Shown here: piece by piece, positions 12,201 to 27,400 of the stretch
Layout of the letters: each line of letters starts with the position of its first letter
Position numbering within the stretch: the first letter of the stretch is position 1
Assembly: GCA_965285935.1 (NCBI GenBank)
Contig: OZ260663.1
Coordinates: 13,578,001 to 13,642,000 of the forward strand
DNA: 64,000 nt
Direction: 5' to 3'
From: Ophelia neglecta
Taxonomy: Eukaryota
Notes under the pieces: model-generated
Database searches by the model: none
Told to the model about the DNA's origin: nothing
The model's input: only the letters and a program-made list of their open reading frames with translations
Made by a program: the position numbers and the translations under genes

Positions 12201-15200
12201 TTGTGGGTTATAACGCAAGTCAACAAACACTTCCCTTTTCACGCGGCAAATAAATGTGTTAAGTCCTTTATGAATCAAAACAATTTTAATGGGATTACAT
12301 TCTTAGTTTATCATTGCCAAATGTTGTAACCTCGTAGGTATATGTAAAACATCAATAGAATCTTGAAAACTGAAAAGAGGTAAGGCTTCGCTCTGTAGAA
12401 CAACTTATATTATTCTTTTTTTGTTCGATCAACCAATGACAACCTTATTTATACAGGCAATGCTGAAATGTTTGCGACCCATAAATAGAACAAAATATTT
12501 ATGAAAATTCGTTTACAACAACAAGGTAATCACTATATTTATGATATAATTATATATAGTCATTCCTACAACAGCGAATAACGAACCTATTAAACGTAGT
12601 TCCATGATGCCCTTATCAGAGATTCATATTAGGCGACTATGACAGCCATAATAATGACATATGGGAATTCTTTTTTAGTGCTGCTTTTGACGAAGGCAAC
12701 GAAAGCATACATTGATAATGAGCCATGTTAGGGAACTGAATTATATCGAGTGTTCATGTTTGTAATGTGTTACATATTATCTACATCATGATATTTTGCA
12801 ATAAATAAACCGATTCCTAACATTTTGTTCCGTAAACATAAATACTTTTTTTGGTAAGATTATCGCCAATAGCTAACAATGCGACTTCCAGTCATCAGGT
12901 AAGAATTATAACCCGTTTGTTTCCTTATTACATACGCGTGCTATTCGCATGATGAGATATAATTACTAAACTTAACCCCTTCCTCGAGTTTAATAAAATC
13001 AAAAGAGAATTTCGAAGCGTTTATGCAGCTCTATCGATCACGTAATAACGACCCCAGCATATTTGCCGTCTGATGATTTAAGTAATAAAAGACGAACGTG
13101 CTCTTTATTAAACTACAACAAAGGCAAGCCTTTTATTACTGTCGTCCCGTTCCGATCCTTTGAAGCTCAAGCGCACGGCCTTGAAATCGATACTTGTCTT
13201 TATATCAAACGCATCAAGGAACTTTCTTAAATGCATTTCTCGATTACAAAGGGACTCATCAAATCGAGTGCGTCTTTAAGCTTAGGAGTTGGAGGTTGAT
13301 TTATTGATGTGTGTGGGGATGTGCCTGCTGGTTCGTGATGATCTCGGACCGATTAAATGGACTATTCATGACTAATAATTTGGCTTTTTTTCTCGAGTAT
13401 ACACTCCAGTTTTTAATAGTGGCAGTTCCAAGTACACGGCGAAACGAAGAATATTGGGCGCATTTTAGCTATCTAAACTTTATTGCATGTACCCTCAAAG
13501 CATATAGCAATATGCTTGATTCTAAACATATATGAGTGTTTACTATTTGGTGATCCTATGACCTTGTTGAAATATATTACTAACGTGAATTTATGGAGGA
13601 AAGGACGGTGTCAGATGCATGCGTATACTGCTAGAAATATCAGCTGTTTAAAAATAGACTGCAGTCTTCCATTTGAATGCTAAGTTTTTAAATCTCATAC
13701 ACCTCTGCCAGTCGCCTTCTACATGGTTCATGCTATTTTGTTATGTCGATTATCGATCAAATGCGTTTAAAGGTCGATATCTGACCGCGTTTTTGGCTAA
13801 ACAGATCCTAAAGACCAAAGTTAAATTTAATCGAATCGTGGAGAGTTCATCAATGACGCGTGTCATCACAAATATCAAAGAGTAGGAATAGTCATAGATA
13901 TGATATATGATATTTAACAGATAATATATGGACCAATGAGCACGCTGTGTAGGCTTGCCAGTAGGTGTCAAAACCTAATGTTTCCCAGGTTTTGTAAAAT
14001 TCGTCCTTACTAATAATATGTATTTAATAATTTTGTCTAAACAATGACTCAATTCGACTACACAAATAAGATATATCTTTAAATGTACATATATAAATTG
14101 GTATAACAAAAAACAACAAAACCCACACAACTCACTTACATTGATTCAGAAGTCAACGGATGTTATTTGATGCACGCCTGGTACCAGTTTTGCCTTTCAA
14201 TGGAAAGGTGGTAACATAATCGTAGTTTCGTACGGCTCACATTAAGCATAAATACTATATTGAGGTCATATTGCTGAGTTATATCGATATTGGAGAGTAC
14301 TTTACTCGGACTCAGTAGGAACGTCGGCCCAATACTTAATAAGCCATGGCCTGAAAGCTAGCTCGAGTAATCTGTGTTCACCTTGGGACAAGTGGTCGCA
14401 ATCCATAACTCAGGGAACGCCATCTTTTGAAAAGCCGAGACATGAAGCATTGAGAAGACAAGAATCATGTTAATTCAAATAAAAAAAAATGAAGAGAACC
14501 GATTTGGTTTACCATTACCCTCGCTTTTTCAACATATTTCAGTAAAAACGTGTGTAGTTTCCGAGTAAAGGCTAAATCTACCCGTTGGAAATAGTGTGGG
14601 TGTGACTAAATTGGCCAAGTCGTCTACTTTATTTCAAACATTCAGATCATTTCAACCCGCATGCCCATTAAAAACCGGCTTCCCTTGATAGATCAGACAA
14701 AGGGCAAGTAGATTTATTCCAACTAATTCATGTTAGCAACAAAACAATATTTTTCCTGCTATTGCGGGCTAGTGTGTTCTCGGTGACATCACTGTGTTGA
14801 TTCATATGATCAGGTCTCTGGTTGAATTTCACCTTTACTGAATTTTCACAGGATAACAATACAAGTGAGAGAGCATGGTTTTCGATCTTTAAATGCATAG
14901 AACCAAACTTATTAGGTAATTGTCCCTTTCATCCGGCCGTTAACACCAGTGGCACAAAAGGTAACCGGATATGGCATTTCTCTCTGCAGTTGATCTTACA
15001 GTAGGAAATCAGGCGATCTGAAATACAAACAGCGGAAAGACAAATGAAAACAGTCCATTAAATGTGATACCGGATTTAGATGAAAAGTAACATTTAGCCA
15101 TCTTGAAAGAACGGACACTAGGATAGATACTGCAGGACGAGAGAAGATATTGTTATCGGGTTTATTAAATTAAAGGTAGAGAATCTAATCAGGTAACCCA

Positions 15201-16940
15201 TTAGGCACAATGCATTCGGTAAAATAAGACAAGGGTAGTATTTCTTGATTTATGGTGTTTGGTTGTTTCTCCCGAATGAAAAGTAGGCAGCAGCGCTAAG
15301 ATATCTGTCCATAGAAAAGAATGACATTTTAAAACACTCAGTTTAGGAAATGAAGTGTATAAACGGAGACTGTATCGAACACCGTGGCACTGGGTTAACC
15401 ACCCGTCTTAAATAACTGATCGTGTTTTTCTATCTTTAATACCCCCTTAGCCTGCTACTATGCTAAATGACAGTATACTTTCTCGGCCGGGGAAGCTTCT
15501 TTGTTCCAACATATTACGTGATTTCCTAGGAATTCAATAGGATCCAGCGTATGCACCGATTCGGGAATGTGATAATATGCTGTCTTCCCGCGTAGTATGG
15601 TTGGTTATTCTCACCATGGTAAGGGTGGATTTCTCTGCTAATAAGGCACAGGCCTACACATGGCCTCATATGCTCATTAAGGCATCCATGGTCACAAGAC
15701 AACATGCTCAAAGTTAACATGCGACAAATCAAAGGTCTTATGGCAGAGAGCCTGAAAGGGCAGAGGTTTACAGTAATGGAGGAGAAACAGACGCCTGTAA
15801 TGGTGTAACTAGTATCTCGCCTAGAGTCGTAAAGGCTACAAAGTCTCAATAAGCCAAAGCAGACGAACAGGCGTACAATAATTAAGACAGCAGACGACGC
15901 GCAGATGTGCTGCCCTATTCAACCTGGGCATTGTCTTCATGATACTGCAAGGAAAAGCTAATAAACTTGCTATCAAAGGCGAGGCGATCCTGTTAAAACA
16001 CAACCGCTATGGGCGGACAATAACATTGTTTGGCTGGATTTAAACCGTAGGAAGACAAACTAATCGATTCTTTCCAACTAATATTGCTGGCCATAGTGTC
16101 ACAGGACGAGCAGATCAAAGTCAGAACATGCGAACCTAATATCATACACAGTTTTTATCGTATTCGTCATAGATTAGAATTAAATAACAGTGCTGACTTA
16201 CTGCCCTAGCGAGCAGGCTTGTGTTCAGCATAATCAAGCATGACATGTGGTCTGCACTAACCAGGTCTCTTCTAAGATATTTATTTGCTATATTTCAGTG
16301 TATCCGTGGTGTTTTCGGGTTTTTTTTCAGCTTTGGCCAAAGGGGATCAATACTTGTTCGAACAGTGCAGACCGACGAATTAGGTACTGCACAAATTGTC
16401 AAAATTACAATGCAAGGGAAATAATGTTTCATTAAAATTGCCTATTGGAAAAAGACTATTTGGCAAATAAACGGATGCAATACGGCCCTCATACGAACGA
16501 ACGCCCAGAATCTACTGGCACATAGAGGCCGGTTTGGCAGGCTTTAACATGGTTTTTTGGTGTTTACAAACTTTCCGCATTGACTCGAATTCTACTGGCA
16601 TAAAATAACAAAACATATCCACCGGTGATGTACAGTGCTGGTGACAAACGTGAAAGATAAACTATATTAAAAAACTGTTTGATTTCAACCAGTAAAGATA
16701 TACTTTACTTTTGAGTAAAGGGCTAACTGCCGAATTTATATATTAATGTCTTAAAGATGACAAATCTGATTTACAATGCATACAATTGGTAAATTCTAAA
16801 AGGATATTTATGTCACTACATACATTCAATATACTGAGTTTTTTTTAAATCATAAAATGTACGACGCAAAACAAGAAAGCAAAAGAAATTTGGTTTCAAT
16901 TCCACCGATTGTTATGACAATATTATCTAGGTATGCAGTG

Positions 16941-16978
16941 GTATTGTAATCTCCCAACCGATGGGGAGATTACAATAC
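16941..16978. repeat. Perfect 15-bp inverted repeat with 8-nt loop
   Basis: gtattgtaatctccc-aaccgatg-gggagattacaatac. Confidence 0.85.
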
Positions 16979-18739
16979 AAAAGAGAATCAAGGAGGTCAG
17001 GATTCATATCCATGCTGGTCCGCTGACTTACATTATTTATAAGTATACACAATTTACAATATATTTTACGATTATCCGATGGCATTAAAACAGTGAACTA
17101 TGACGTAGCCTTCAGAAAATCGTGTGTAAATGCGCTACATATGCCTTTGTGAAGAAAGATCCATGCTTTAAGAAGTGAACCCTTCCAGTGCATATCACAT
17201 ACTTAAGCGCCTAGATGACATATTAGTGACCAATCGTTGAACATGATCCCTGACTTCAATTGCCATGTGATTATCATCCTGCTGAGTGCGGATGGGAATA
17301 TGAACCGAAGAGGATGCTACTTAATTGAGCTAGACACATCTTTGTTGCGGTGGTTTGTGCTTTTAACCTGGATGATAACCGTGCAGTAACACAACGCCGG
17401 TGCTTGAGCATGACTAGCACGGTAGGATTCCACTAAAGAGGTTATTCCCTGTGCGTAATATCAAAAACTGGGATAATGTCAAACGTGCATAAACGAAAGA
17501 CGAATGCTAATAATAATAACAATAATAATAATGTTAAAGTATCTGCACGAGGTCAGCAATGAGGCCATAGTCAACTTTTACAAGTAGTTAACGAAAACAT
17601 GACTAGGAAAACAATACCCCTTCAAATAAAAAAAATTGAGAGGTCCGCCAAAGCTGCCTGTTAATCTCATGGGTATCACAGTATCATTAAACAGCATTAT
17701 AACACTTTGAACTATGAGTCGAAAATCGGCTCCTTCAGTTCACAAATTGTAATGAGCAGCTAAAATACATTGAATAAGTGATGCGTGAGAAATATCAACT
17801 TTAAATGGCCTGAATTAAGGATTTTTAGGATAAACTAGTTTTCCTACTTCCCTTATCGGTTACAGTACTGTATGCAGACACTTGCTGGATGGTGTTATTC
17901 CGTTCATTTGGTTGAGTAATCCAAATGCGAGAAAACACTAAGATTTAGGAAGCCAAAGAACCCTGGGTCAAAGGGCCCACTGAGCAGCAATTAACTTAAG
18001 CATTGCACTTGGAATGAGTGGGTAAAACAAACCATTCAAGTCGGAACAGAGTTCCAGTTCTGCGACATAACGACCACAACCACCGTCCTAACGCTGATAA
18101 TAAATATATCTCCACATCATGCTTTGTGTTTCAACGGTCCTCACTATTTACTCTCTGACTGATTGGCGACCTTTCGTCCACCAGAGCCTAAGGTCGGAAA
18201 GAACATGAACCCGTTTCCTGAAGGCGGATGCACTATATCAATACGGGTAGACAAATTACTCCAGTCTGACTGGTGACCCCTTGACATGACAAGTCATCAC
18301 CAGTCGACCTACCAGTAATGTCGGCTGGCGTAAGCCGCGTTTTTTTACGTCCTAGCATCCATCAGGAATGTAAAAATATTATTAATGCATATCATGCAAT
18401 ACATGAACGAATATTCTAGACCCTTCATGTGTCTCTTCCATTCCCGTTGATATTACAAATCGGATTTCTAAACTGTGCCCCATCCACAGAAGAGAGGCTA
18501 CCCTGCACCTTTTGGAAATTGATTTCCGTTTTTTTATTACTTAAGGACCCCGTTACCATGTACGTACAAATGGATTTACTGCCCTAGTGGAGACCATAGA
18601 AGATATCTGGCATCCTGGGTGAGGCAAAATTCAGCATGAAGGACAAGCAGGACTGCAGTCATTAATTCAATGGTATAGGTAAATAAATAGAGACCTTTAC
18701 CAGGTACTGTGAATAAAAATGCGCCTGCTGCTCCACCTG

Positions 18740-21700
18740 AGAGAACTTTGTACACCAAATGCTTTGTATACCAATTTGTTTGTCGAATTCGCTGTAGAAC
18801 CAGGCCTTACATTATGTTGTTTTTCCACCGACAATGGTTTCCATGTTTCGACCTTAGGCGTGGGACGCTGTAAGCGCTGTTCATCATAACATTGTTGCCG
18901 ACGTTTTATTAGTTTAAAGTCGATGGTTACGGTTACTCTTGATTAATAGGCGGTAAATTTCATATGAAAATGCACCATCGTAGGGCTAAAACATAAAAAA
19001 TACAACGAGTATACACATTAACATTATGTTCTGCTATGCATGACTTTGGACATTTAGTCATGACTGAATATATTCACTCAGTTCTTTGACAATGGCATGA
19101 GAAACACAGGTCACTGCACCATTGATTAAAGATTTGTGGTAAATGGTCATCTGACAAAGGCATCTGTCCATATTGCCCAGATGTAATTTCCACTGGAGCA
19201 TTAATCAATTACTTAGTGAACTACATAGGCTAATGTGTCAAGGTAATTAGCCCCTGCGGCGGAACAAATCAATTATGTGCCATGATAGGCCCACTCACAA
19301 AGACTAAAGACTAAAGACTACATGAACAGTACACAATGAGAATATGCCTAGCTGCTACCCGTGAGTATTGATTACCATACAACATTGCAACGAGTAAACA
19401 TTATATAGACACATATACTGACTGAAATGTACCTTGGGGGCAGTGGAACGCACACAGGAACATAAGCGCTTAATTGCCTTGAAACGTCAAATAATTGTAA
19501 CCATATTATAGGTTAATCACATAACTTGGTAAAAAACACAGTATAGTTACGCGTTATTTACACGTTAAGAATTTAACCGTGTAGTTTCCAGATTAAATAG
19601 GTGAGAAATGTTGAAGTGATTAAGCTAGGCTAGCTAGAATCATAGTTTGTGTTTATTTGGACAATTGCTATGTACTAAGGTGGTTCAAGACATATCTCCG
19701 GAGATCGAAGGTGGCGCGTGCACCCTATGAGTCTTTCGCTATATGATATTTGACAGTGTCTTTCTTTCTATGGCATGCTTCTGCGAAGTGCTAGTTATAG
19801 GATTTGACTGTCTCCCGGGCCTGCCCTCGTGGGAGATAATTGTACAACAATCATTACACACACGCTCGAAGGTTATCGGGACTACACTGTCCCCGTCAGA
19901 GGACAGAAAAAAAGAGGAACTACAGACACCAAATGTAAGTTGAAACACTCTTGTGGGGCAGGTGTACAGAGAAGGTCATTTAATTGATCAATTAAATATT
20001 GCATTTGGTAACATTTCAGTGGCAAACGCCAATCAAAGGTTAAAACTGAACCCGAAAGCTGATGCCAAGACACTGTGTGATGAAACTCATTGTGCTAGTT
20101 CTGAAAGGAAAGGTCAAATTGCTGCATGTATAACTTGAAAAGCACAGCTAGGGGCTTCTTTACGACGACGGAGAAGGCTCGCCATCAATAAAAAAATACG
20201 GGGAGAGTGCTCAATGTGTAGGGTTACTTATAGTCTCGGACTTCTACGCATGTGGCAGCCCGTTGGGGCAGTTATGTAAAATGCGCAAAGCACTCGGAAT
20301 TCACCACCAGTCAGATAGCATTAAGCAGTAATTGACAATAGTTGGACTATTTTATAAAGCATACCAACCTTCGACAAAAACAGTTCAACATTCGGCCATT
20401 CAATGCTAGCAGGCAAACCTACAATAAAAGGTATATAATAAATGATTTGTAGTAATAAAGGAAGAATTTCAGCGGATAGATTTTCTGGTTGATGAATTGC
20501 ACATTATTATCTCGATGTGAGTGCGTTATGTCTAAAGTGCTGGATCACGCAGGTTAGTATGTTGTTTAAACTTTAAACATTTTTATAGTTTCCTTTAAAT
20601 TTGGTGAAAGGACGAACTCGTCCGAGGTGTTTAAATGTACGGTTTTTGTAGTAGGCACTTGCAACTATAGTTTTAGATAAAAAATTATATTGTTACAAAG
20701 CGTCCTTACTCTTTGCCTTTTGACTGGCTGGTGACCGTTCGTTCACCATGAATCGAAGTTCCACGACGCAATGCGCCATCTTAATAGTTGGTAGTTTGCG
20801 AAATTATGTTCATTTTAACAAGTGAAACGATAGCGCTCAATTGTGATAGTTATAACTCAGGGTGATCTATTGGTCCCCGGCGTAGGAAATGAACGATTGC
20901 TCAAAGAAGTCTCATAGATGTAACTTCGCCATAATTCGTACCCTAATACCCTATTTCCAGCTGAGCTTTAAGTTTATTAAACTTGATTCTAGTGATAGTA
21001 AAGTGGAATTAAGCAGCAAGTCCCTGCTCAGCCTTTCTTATATGAATGCAACCGGCTATCCAAAGGCCAAACAAATCAAGTTTTATAGAGAACAGGTGCT
21101 TGATACTCATTAGATCTCAAATTAGTTGCATGTGAAAAGGGTAGGGTTCATATCACATATGGCAGGTTCCTGATAAAAGTGATGTTTCTTCCTTCAAACG
21201 GAACGTAGAATTGAACAATAAAATGGAGTATTATACCCTTGCCAAATTCAAAGACAGCCCTACGTTTAATTTCTTTATACGCTAGCTGATGTCAATGTAA
21301 ATAAATCAACGTGCCCACTGCATTAAGGATTCAAACTATTTTCTTTTTGTTGAAGTAAGCTTATTTCTGACGTATTTTAGACAGGTGTGTTAGCTTATTT
21401 GCAGATCTCATATATACATTCAGTGTTATATTATGCTGGCTCTCACGCTAGCGATTACCTAAATCTTAGTGAGGTCTCCATGGCCATACTTATAAGTCAT
21501 TGTACATGTTCATTTTGCTATGGTAGAATAAATATATCTGAATCTGAATCTGAATCTTGGCATTTTGTTTTAGTAGATATTCAAACAGAAGTGCCATCAT
21601 CGACTAATGATGTGGCGAAATCTAGTTATTCCGCCATTTGAAAATCTCATCAAGCTAGTGGCAGCTGTACTGTGAATCTGACTAACTAGAGGGCATCTAA

Positions 21701-23390
21701 TTGATCAAAACCAGTCAATTAGTCGGACATTTTGCAGATTCTTTTGTCATGTGAGCGTAAATCAATCTTCCCCTAATTGCGTGGACCAATGCTTTAGGTA
21801 ATTGCCCTCTTGTTGGGGGCAAATCAATCTAATATATTGGTACGTCCACTAGCAAAGAACAACAACAATAGACAGTGGTCTGCTGGAGACCAATGTATAA
21901 TAATGAGATATTAACTTGAACACATGGGCAATTATCATAACATGATTGTGACCGAAATTGCGAGACGAGCTATGTATAGTGTAATACATACAGTCTTCGA
22001 GAACGAATTTGCATGCACTTTAATATACGGTCTTCGAGAACCACTTTGCTTGCACATTTAAAGTGCAACCTTTCTCAACAATCCAGGGCTTAACTGGGTC
22101 TATTAGCCACACATGCGTAAGTGGAATAACAGGAGTTGACACTAAGTAGACACATTTGACAAGCAAAACATACAGTAAACACCTGTGTCTAGACAATTTC
22201 TATGCGAAGAGTGTCAGTTGTCACGCGTAATTTACAAGTCTTTGCACCAGAAGTTGCGGGTTTATGCCTTCATAACTAGCCCAACTTGTCCGCATTAGCC
22301 AAACTATTCGAAACCGCATAGGTTTATGTGTCGACCAACGATAATTAGCATTCGCTAAAATCAATGTTTGCATTAAAACTGTAAAGTGCTTTAACACGAA
22401 AGTATACTTATTAAAGACGTTCGCGGCGGGTCTTTTTGATATTTAATATAAGAAAAAGTATGGTGTTCATGAGTAAGTCAATGTGTCTACCTTTTTGTAG
22501 AAAGTAACGCAAGACAGTGAAAAACGTGGTTTCCAAATCATTTTTCATGAATATTCCATTAACCTGTCTGAAATCATAACAAACAGCAGCCACAGGCACA
22601 CACACGTACACCAATACAACAATCCCCATCTCCCAAACAGTAAATAAATTTATGCAAATGCAAGCAATAAATAAGTAGGGAACTGTTTGCAATTATGCTG
22701 GTAAAACCACAGAACAAACGAGTCAGAACTGCAATGTACCCAAGGATATTATATGATGGTCTAAGCTTTCTCAAATTGTAGAAACCAACGATGAAATTAT
22801 TACAATAAATGGGTCCCTCCACTTGCCGACAGGTTTTAGAGAAAATAGGTGTGTAGCTGTTAGCGATTTAATGTAAAACAATCAATCACTACAGGTTGAC
22901 AATCGACTTAACGTGGTTGACTGAAAATGTATCTTCGGTAGCATTCAAAACAGGGCCAAAGCTCCTGCCCACAAAGGAAGCAGCCGAATTTTCAGACCTG
23001 AAAAATGATACCCCAAAAACCAAAATGTTTATCACAGAGATAAGAGTCAAGGAATGAAGATATATCTTAGCTTACTAACTGCACAATATTGTGATAGCCT
23101 CATAGCGTCGGAAACGCATATACTTTTTTGCTAAATACACATAAACGAGTTCCCTTCGGGTAAGCTATATCCAAGGTTTTCGGTTCGCAGTAAATATAAA
23201 GAGAAGCAATTTTAAGGACAAACATAAATCGTATCACTAAGAACTTTGAAGTGATAACAATTTGGTAAGCTACAATCATCTTTTGCTGACAAATTAATTC
23301 TATAAAAAGTACAATTGTATTGAAAACAGTGTAAAATCTCCCTTGGACTTATTTTACACTGGATCATAACTGAAATCAGCCCTGGTTTTC
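18740..23390. repeat. Ancient tandem segmental repeat, copy 1 (short; no counterpart seen for the 25.9-28.3 kb block)
   Basis: Colinear anchors shared with copies 2/3: 19141/24620/33611, 19856/25437/34226 and 21710/30021. Boundaries are approximate. Confidence 0.75.
21991..22061 (+). repeat. Two-copy ~38-bp degenerate tandem duplication
   Basis: gtcttcgagaacgaatttgcatgcac vs gtcttcgagaaccactttgcttgcac. Confidence 0.7.
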
Positions 23391-24410
23391 GCTCTAGCTC
23401 CATCGCCCGGGTTCCCAATGAGTGATTAAATGGTAACGCCATTCGCTATACAAGGCGTCTGTGGTCACTGGACTGCTTTTTCAAAGTCAAGGAATGTTAA
23501 ATAAAACACGTTAAAGTAGGCGATGCCATCCGTTTACGTTTTTGGAGTTGTTTCGGTCACGACTAATCCTTTAGTATTTCGCCATTTTATATTTGTTTCA
23601 CAGTGTCAATAAGACAGGGAGGTGAACAGATGTACATTCTATAAGACAACCCATGACAGGCATTTACAATTTCGTCTTCCATGCTTTCATTGTGGATCCT
23701 TATTATACTTCTGTCTATAATCCGTTTGCTAATTTCATTTAATTGTGTGTGCCACGTGTTTGGAATATTAGTGCTTGTATATTTTTAAAATAGTGATTCC
23801 ATAAACAATCAATCTGAGTATTCACTTACATTCTTTTAGCTTGTAGACACGCCTGTCTATAATGCCATCCGGTTATATGAGTGTTATTTTGGCATCAACA
23901 CTCCTGTGCTTGTAGATATCTTCTGTAATGTTTCATTTCGCTAAAAGCACAGCTAGCTGCCATATATCAACGTTAATACCTGAAAATTACTTTGAGAAAA
24001 TGAAGCAAATAACCAAATTGTGAACTGGCTCGTATAATTCATCTCTAATATCATCAGTAGTGAAGCATTATTGGGAGCTTACATAGGGCCGCCAAGGCGG
24101 GACTCGGTGTTATTGTAAAGAACTTTCGAATAACGTATAACGAGTTTGGCGAACTCGTTCCAGTCCGAGGGCTCACATTATGGCATGTTTTCAACCGACA
24201 TTTATGGAGCCTGGGAACGGTAATGGCGTCCAATTCTCGACCTAAGCCCTAAGTTCTGTTCATTCATCAGGATATTAATGCCGACTTTCTGTTCGTTCAA
24301 AGTCAAGGGTTACATTAACTCTCGTTTGCCAGGGGATGAATTTATTACAAAAATGCACAATTAACATACATCTGTGTAGCGTATGTTCAAACTTAAAAGA
24401 AATACAAAGA

Positions 24411-24494
24411 GTGTCCTCAATGACAAGTGTATATGATGGTGTCCTCAATAACAGGTTTATATGATGGTGTCCTCAATAACAAGTCTATATGATG
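24411..24494 (+). repeat. Three-copy 28-bp tandem repeat GTGTCCTCAATRACARGTNTATATGATG
   Basis: Directly visible. Only one degenerate unit occurs at the homologous site of copy 3 (~33463). Confidence 0.9.
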
Positions 24495-27400
24495 TTCTCC
24501 TATGCATGCCGTTGGGAAGGCATTAATGATAAAACGGTATATTGTCACTCAACTAATTGACAATGACATTACACAATTGACAGCTGAAAACACAATTTAG
24601 TCAACAAGAGATTATTAGTAAATGGTTATCTGAAAAATGGTTCTGTCCATATTGTACGGTATTCATTGCTAATAGAGCATTGATTAATAACTCAATACAC
24701 TGCATAGGCTTTTGAGTCAAGGTCATTAGCCCCTGCGTCGGAGCAGATCAATTTGGTGTCGTGACAAACTAACAAAGACTAAAGACCACGTAAACAGTAA
24801 TCGCCGAACATAAAATTAGTCAATGTCCGTGTGTTTAAATACTGTACAAAATTGCAGGGAGTAAACTTTATTTAGACCAAATAATGATTGAAATTGAACG
24901 TCGTGAGCATTAAAACGCAGACATGAATATAAACGCACTCGATGACAGACAGTTCAAAATTATGAAAATATACACTGTTTTCCAACATTTATCCGGTACT
25001 TAGCACTTAATCATAAAAGTGCTTGTATGTTTAGATTTATTTCAAGTTAAATGAAAAAATATAACAACATTAAGTAGTTAATTGTTTCATTATTCTAAGC
25101 AGCGGTAACCAATATTATATCTAATTGACTTGTAATGATATTAGACGTAGCATACTTACCTGTAATTATTGAAGTGCATATATTTTCCAGAGAAACTACC
25201 TTCAAAATGTTAAGGTTAAGCTTAATCCAGAACGATTCATAATTTCGGTGTCTAATTTGGACAATTGATATATGCTAATGCGCTTTCAGGGCTATAACTG
25301 AAGAGAGATGTAAAGGGGTCGCACGGTTGACGTGGCAAGCTTTACTTCTTTTGATATTTGACAGTTTCTTGTTCTTTGAATAATGCTTTCGTACTTTTCT
25401 TTTCTCCTCGTGTAGTCCAATGGCATACTGGCCACGACACGCACGCTCGAGAGTTATCGAGTTGTTTGGCAGGTGGCCAGAGGACTATTATTATATACAT
25501 AATATAATGATTATCTATACTATATACATAATGCTCGATATGTGTGTGTTGTCTAAATGGTTAGATCAGGCAGATATATGTGCGGTTAAATAGGTAAGTA
25601 TTCATTATGGAAAAATTAATGTGTTAAATCTCATGGTAAGTCCATACTAAACACATTCATGAATCTTACAGCTGTGCCAAAACAGAATCAGTGAAGAGTT
25701 GTAATGAATATTATGTGTTTCGGATGGGCGGACCATTGTAATAATATATATTATGGTTGGACTATAGGATTGTGACTTACTCCTCGTTTTGGTTGATATA
25801 GTGGGCCTCGCAATTAAAGTACTGATGGTTCGAACTAATTGCCATGGGGCCCCAAAGCCGAAAATCTCGGGTATTTAGCTTTGCTATGTACTGCTCTTTG
25901 ATGATATACAGTTGGGCTTTGCCAAGTAATGACCAGCGATACTACACGCACTGTCTTTGTACATTTCAAATTATCAAGACATGGAGTCCATTTCGTGTGA
26001 TCTATAAATTATACTGAGTTTTCAATTTTCCACTTTCCATAAAAGCGTTGACGCAATCCGTTTTACTCTCTCGTGCACATTTTGTCTAAATAATAAATAG
26101 CACAGGTTATTTGAATCCATGTTGAAATCAGCCTGAAGCAGGAGAGACGTCGCTCACTAATCTATTGATTTCTCCTCGTATTGCATAAAGGTGGAAAAGG
26201 CGTTCTAGAAATGAGTGAAAACAAATATATAGGATGGCAGTTCTTAGTTTCCACAAAATAAAGGTCGAACTTGCTCAAATGTACACTATTTGTATTAACA
26301 GATCCCTTTCACTTAGTCAAGATCAATTTTTATTATGGTTTTATTGTTACAACAATAGTGAAATGCTAGCACAAATAATTGGTTTGCCTAATACATGATT
26401 TTGACATCAACATCCAGAAGTACTTTCCACTGTCAAATTTTGACCAAGGTATAACAAGGTTAACTAGTAATGCCAATGTCTAACCTGCCAGAATGTACCA
26501 TAAGAAGTCAAATCTACAATAAAGGTACTGCAGGCATTTCTTTTTTTCATTCCTCTCTAAACGCCTCTGTAGGGAGACAGCTGTGACAAAGTATAAACTG
26601 TCCTGTTGATGTACAATATTTAATCGCTTTTTTGATAGTCTTCAGAGGTTTTTATAGCTGCATTATATATTACATTAGCGTCTGAAGCAAATCAACTTGT
26701 TATCATGGTTGTATAAGCCTACCACAGTTAACGCTTAGCAGCCGACCCTGACTGAATAGCATAAACCTAAACACCAGTCTACACTAGGTTAGGGCTAGGT
26801 ATTAGATACACAGGTAAAGACGATGTAAAGAGCCTTGAACAGAAAAAAACGCACTTTGTGGAAACTGATGAATTTAGGTAATCTAATATAGAACCTGAAT
26901 ATCAGGAACTCGCTCAATAACATGTCTCCGGGTCTCTAAGCACTGACAGGGGAATTCATCTACGTACACATGGATTCAGGAAGCATCAGCACGTTAAAAA
27001 CGAAATCATATATAAATAATTAGAGAACGTCCACACAACATAACTGTATATTTTATTTATGCGCATTACAACTGCTGTATTATGGACTTCAACATTTTCC
27101 GACTAAGCTGATGACAGATGGCTCTCACAGACAAAGAGGGCGACCCCGGAATGAGGCAACAGCAAGCAGATCGCGACCTCCGCCCAGCCGCGAGAGCAGA
27201 GAGCACGCCTCTCCTCGGCAGGCTCCACTCGTGGACCTAATGACTCGAGGCTGACATTCGACTGGAGGTAATTGTGTTAAGACACGGTTAGAGACACGGC
27301 ATGCCCTGCGCATATTAATATTAAAGAACCATTATATTAGAGAAATTTCGTTCTACCAATATTTTGTATATATTCCATGTCAATTAATGAGGTACTAACT

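Noticed and set aside
15577-15810. MLSSRVVWLVILTM|gtaagg signal-like exon and a WSQDNMLKVN LINE-like motif
   Set aside because: No downstream exon partner, and flanking RT motifs are not convincing.
24411-24494. 28-bp repeats of CRISPR-like length
   Set aside because: Units are contiguous with no spacers, the context is eukaryotic, and there are no cas genes.
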